A stretch of 64,000 nt of DNA from a virus. Taxonomy: Duplodnaviria > Caudoviricetes. Below are positions 61,143 through 64,000 of the stretch, in pieces. How positions within the stretch are numbered: position 1 is the stretch's first letter; each line of letters begins with the position of its first letter. Position numbers and translations under genes: made by a program. The notes under the pieces are model-generated. The model was given only the letters and a program-made list of their open reading frames with translations, was not told the DNA's origin and ran no database searches. The stretch is from the IMG/VR virus record IMGVR_UViG_3300028888_000001; one strand, written 5' to 3'.

Positions 61143-61679
61143 ATGTTTTTTAATGACTATATGCTAGAATCAGAAGATCTTGAGTCTGAAGACATTGATA
61201 AAGTAATGACACCGACTGAAGGTACGACTGAAGAAGAACAAATTATTGCTAATCAGGTAGAAGAAATTGTTCAAACAGAAGCATTTGATGCTGCTCAGTA
61301 TTTTGAGGGTGGTGCAGAAGCAATCGAACAGTTCATGGAATCTGCTGAAATGAAAGCTCAGCTTGAAGCGTTTGGGCCTTTCGGTATGAATAAAAAGAAC
61401 ACGTTCGTAAGGATGAGCCGTAAAGACGACCTTCAGAGACGTACTCATTTAGCTTGCTTGATTCTTGCTAAAAATCATAAAGACCCGCTGTTTACCAAGC
61501 TTGCTAACAATCGTATTAAAGAGCGTGCACTTCGTAAACAGATTTTCAGCAAGTATGAGCAGAAAGCTTCTAGGATCGCTCGTATTAGCCAGAAAAAAGC
61601 TCTCGCTAATAAAAAGAAATTCAACTTCCCATTCTTTAAGAAGAAAGAAACTTCTGATGAGCAGCAACCTGAAGATTAA
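61143..61679 (+). CDS. Hypothetical protein, acidic N-half and basic C-half (possible virion protein)
   Basis: AGGAGG RBS, late promoter at 61072. Confidence 0.8.
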   Translation: MFFNDYMLESEDLESEDIDKVMTPTEGTTEEEQIIANQVEEIVQTEAFDAAQYFEGGAEAIEQFMESAEMKAQLEAFGPFGMNKKNTFVRMSRKDDLQRRTHLACLILAKNHKDPLFTKLANNRIKERALRKQIFSKYEQKASRIARISQKKALANKKKFNFPFFKKKETSDEQQPED

Positions 61680-61868
61680 TTAGCCATTTTCTTTATTTTT
61701 GATTTCATAAACTTTTCACCTTCTGAAATGCTGGATGGGAAACCATCCAGCAATTTCTATTGTTTATATTAAAAATTACAATGTTAAAAACGTAATAATA
61801 ATCTAGCCTAATATTATTTTTAGATATATATTATAATATTGGACTAAAAATAAGGGAGGGTAAAATAT

Positions 61869-64000
61869 ATGGATCAAGAGAAAAGGCAACTTCTTCAACA
61901 TGTATTTTATGAAGATAATAATACCTTATATAATTACAAAAACTACTTTGACTATGCAGGAGATATTCAAAGTAGAAATACAGATATCAAAGTCTATGTT
62001 CCTAAAGCTATCAACAAGCAGAATATAGACGATCACATTAATGGAATTTATAATATTTTACTTGATGGTTGCGAGACAGATTATGTGCATGAGTTAAGAA
62101 TAAATGTCATATGGCCAGAAGCAAACTGTCATCTTTCTATAGTAGATTATTGGTACAGTCTCATGATGTGGTATATGCTAGTTCAGGTTGATACACCAAT
62201 AAGGCCGTACCATATATTCATGGGATCTAGATCCAATGTTTCAGATATAGCTAGAGCTTCAGGACAATTAGTACCATGGCAGCTTAAAAGAAAAGATATT
62301 CAAACTTGGGTTAACAAGTTTATTATTACTATAGATAACGAAATAAAGTTTGGTAACGATAAGCTTAATCATATTATCGCTACAGGATTATGGAAGTTCT
62401 GTTTAATAGAAAAATTCTCGTATTATCTTAGCAATACTATTAACAATGAAGATGATATTGAGCTTATGAATGCTAACCATTCATTTTGGGAAAAATTACA
62501 TTTTAAGCTTGGTAACACACCCATCGGTGAAGCTAAAGACGTTGCTCAGTGTGCCGCTGATGAAGCTATAGATATCATTAAAGACGCTGAATATTATATC
62601 GGTCATGAGCATTCATTATCAAATAGCTTCAGATCTTCAGAAGCTGTAAATCCAAGACAGTATCGTGAAGCTTCTATAAATATTGCTACAAAACCAGATG
62701 GAACTGGAGGTATTTTCCCGTATCCTATAGATACTAACTTTAAAATTGGTGGTGTTAACACACCGCTGTATTATTTTGAAGAATCTAGAACCGCACGTGT
62801 AGCTCAGATTTATTCAAAACAAAATGTTGGTGAGTCTGGAGACTTAGCACGTATTTTAGGATTAAACAATACAGATACAATTATCAATAATAATCCTGAA
62901 TACGAGTGCTTATCATCTCATTTCATTAAGATTGAGCTTAAAACTAAAAAGCATCTCTCTATGTATAAAAATCGTTTCTATAGATTAAATCCTAGAGGTA
63001 TGGATGCTTGTATAGATCAGTATGATGAATCTCTTATCGGTAAAACTATTTATGTGCATAGCCCTATAACTTGTGCATCTAATAGTTCCGGTAAAGGCAT
63101 TTGCCGTAGATGCTATGGTAATTTGTACTATACCAATTATAATATCAATATTGGTAAAATTGCTGCAGAGATGCTCTCAGCTCAATTAACACAGACTTTG
63201 CTTTCTGCTAAGCATCTTCTTGAAACTAGAATTGCGGCTATCACATGGAATCCAGAATTTAACGATTTCTTTAGTATTGTAGACGCAAACTGCATAAGGT
63301 TAGCTGAAGAGGTATTGGATGATGACGCTCTTCGTAAGTATACTATGATTATCGATCCAGATGATGTTAATCTAGTAAATGAAGAAGAGGACACAATCGT
63401 TACAGATGAAGATGACGATGTTGTTATTCAAGATAATGGTGTTTATAATGAATATATTACAAGCTTTATTATTAAAACACCAGATGGTACAGATATTACG
63501 TTTGGTTCTGAAGAACAGACTGAGCTTTATATATCTCATGAGCTTAACGCTGCTATCAGAAAGAAAGCTCAAAATACAGATGGCAAGGTTAACATCGCAT
63601 TATCAGCTCTAGGAGATAACCCAATATTTTTCATTAAGATTAACAATAACGAGATTTCAAAAACTATGGATGATATTATTAACGTTATTAATAAATCTTC
63701 CATAACAGAAAAGATGAATAAAGATGAGATTGTTCAAAATCTTGTAGACCTTATAATTGATGGTAATCTTACAATTGATGCAATTCATCTTGAAGTTATA
63801 TTGAGTAACCAGTGTGTTAATCCTGATGATCTTATTCATAAGCCTAACTGGAATGATCCAGCTGCTAAGTCTAGGATGATCACTCTTAACCAAGCACTAA
63901 CCAACAATCCAAGCGTGATCATATCTTTACTTTATAAAGATTTGCATAAAGTATTATATAGTCCGCTTACATTTACAAAGAATGCTCCGTCGTTCTTCGA
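61869..64000 (+). CDS. Phage (non-virion) RNA polymerase beta'-like subunit, C-terminal piece; runs off window, absent from ORF track
   Basis: ARVAQ..KQNVGESGDLAR bridge helix, SPITC..GICRRCYG zinc site, IGKIAAEMLSAQLTQTLLSAKH trigger loop, IHLEVI. Confidence 0.9.
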   Translation, partial: MDQEKRQLLQHVFYEDNNTLYNYKNYFDYAGDIQSRNTDIKVYVPKAINKQNIDDHINGIYNILLDGCETDYVHELRINVIWPEANCHLSIVDYWYSLMMWYMLVQVDTPIRPYHIFMGSRSNVSDIARASGQLVPWQLKRKDIQTWVNKFIITIDNEIKFGNDKLNHIIATGLWKFCLIEKFSYYLSNTINNEDDIELMNANHSFWEKLHFKLGNTPIGEAKDVAQCAADEAIDIIKDAEYYIGHEHSLSNSFRSSEAVNPRQYREASINIATKPDGTGGIFPYPIDTNFKIGGVNTPLYYFEESRTARVAQIYSKQNVGESGDLARILGLNNTDTIINNNPEYECLSSHFIKIELKTKKHLSMYKNRFYRLNPRGMDACIDQYDESLIGKTIYVHSPITCASNSSGKGICRRCYGNLYYTNYNINIGKIAAEMLSAQLTQTLLSAKHLLETRIAAITWNPEFNDFFSIVDANCIRLAEEVLDDDALRKYTMIIDPDDVNLVNEEEDTIVTDEDDDVVIQDNGVYNEYITSFIIKTPDGTDITFGSEEQTELYISHELNAAIRKKAQNTDGKVNIALSALGDNPIFFIKINNNEISKTMDDIINVINKSSITEKMNKDEIVQNLVDLIIDGNLTIDAIHLEVILSNQCVNPDDLIHKPNWNDPAAKSRMITLNQALTNNPSVIISLLYKDLHKVLYSPLTFTKNAPSFF

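Noticed and set aside
1-64000. Stop-codon reassignment
   Set aside because: Long conserved genes are intact in code 11; breaks are explained by introns; no suppressor tRNA seen
61869-64000. Apparently non-coding window end with small ORFs in the track
   Set aside because: It is one open frame encoding an RNAP beta'-like subunit that lacks a stop within the window

Overview
AT-rich (standard genetic code) segment of a lytic jumbo myovirus of the phiKZ/AR9(PBS1)-related type, probably infecting a Firmicute. It encodes five pieces of two multisubunit RNA polymerases, a split family-B DNA polymerase, a type IIA topoisomerase A subunit, NAD-dependent ligase, RecA-like and SbcC-like ATPases, a tubulin/FtsZ-like protein, portal, tail sheath, probable tail tube and a large terminase. 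Main hidden structure: (1) an RNAP beta gene split at its GDK motif by a 1.9-kb group I intron carrying an intact TnpB, with an omega-RNA-like right end abutting exon 2 and a late promoter/RBS-sequestering hairpin, which together suggest an RNA-guided homing endonuclease; (2) two related ORF-less group I introns in the terminase gene; (3) a ~620-nt closed, highly paired RNA between tRNA-Gln and tRNA-Leu (ROOL-like candidate); (4) two divergent surface-enzyme cassettes (GDPD and SGNH) sharing an in-frame 14-bp inverted repeat beside a tyrosine recombinase; (5) readable early (TTRTATATTATA) and late (ACA-N6-TAA) promoter motifs, a covarying CAAACGA leader hairpin and a recurrent Met-centred peptide motif in nucleic-acid enzymes. 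All calls come from motif reading by eye; no database searches were run.
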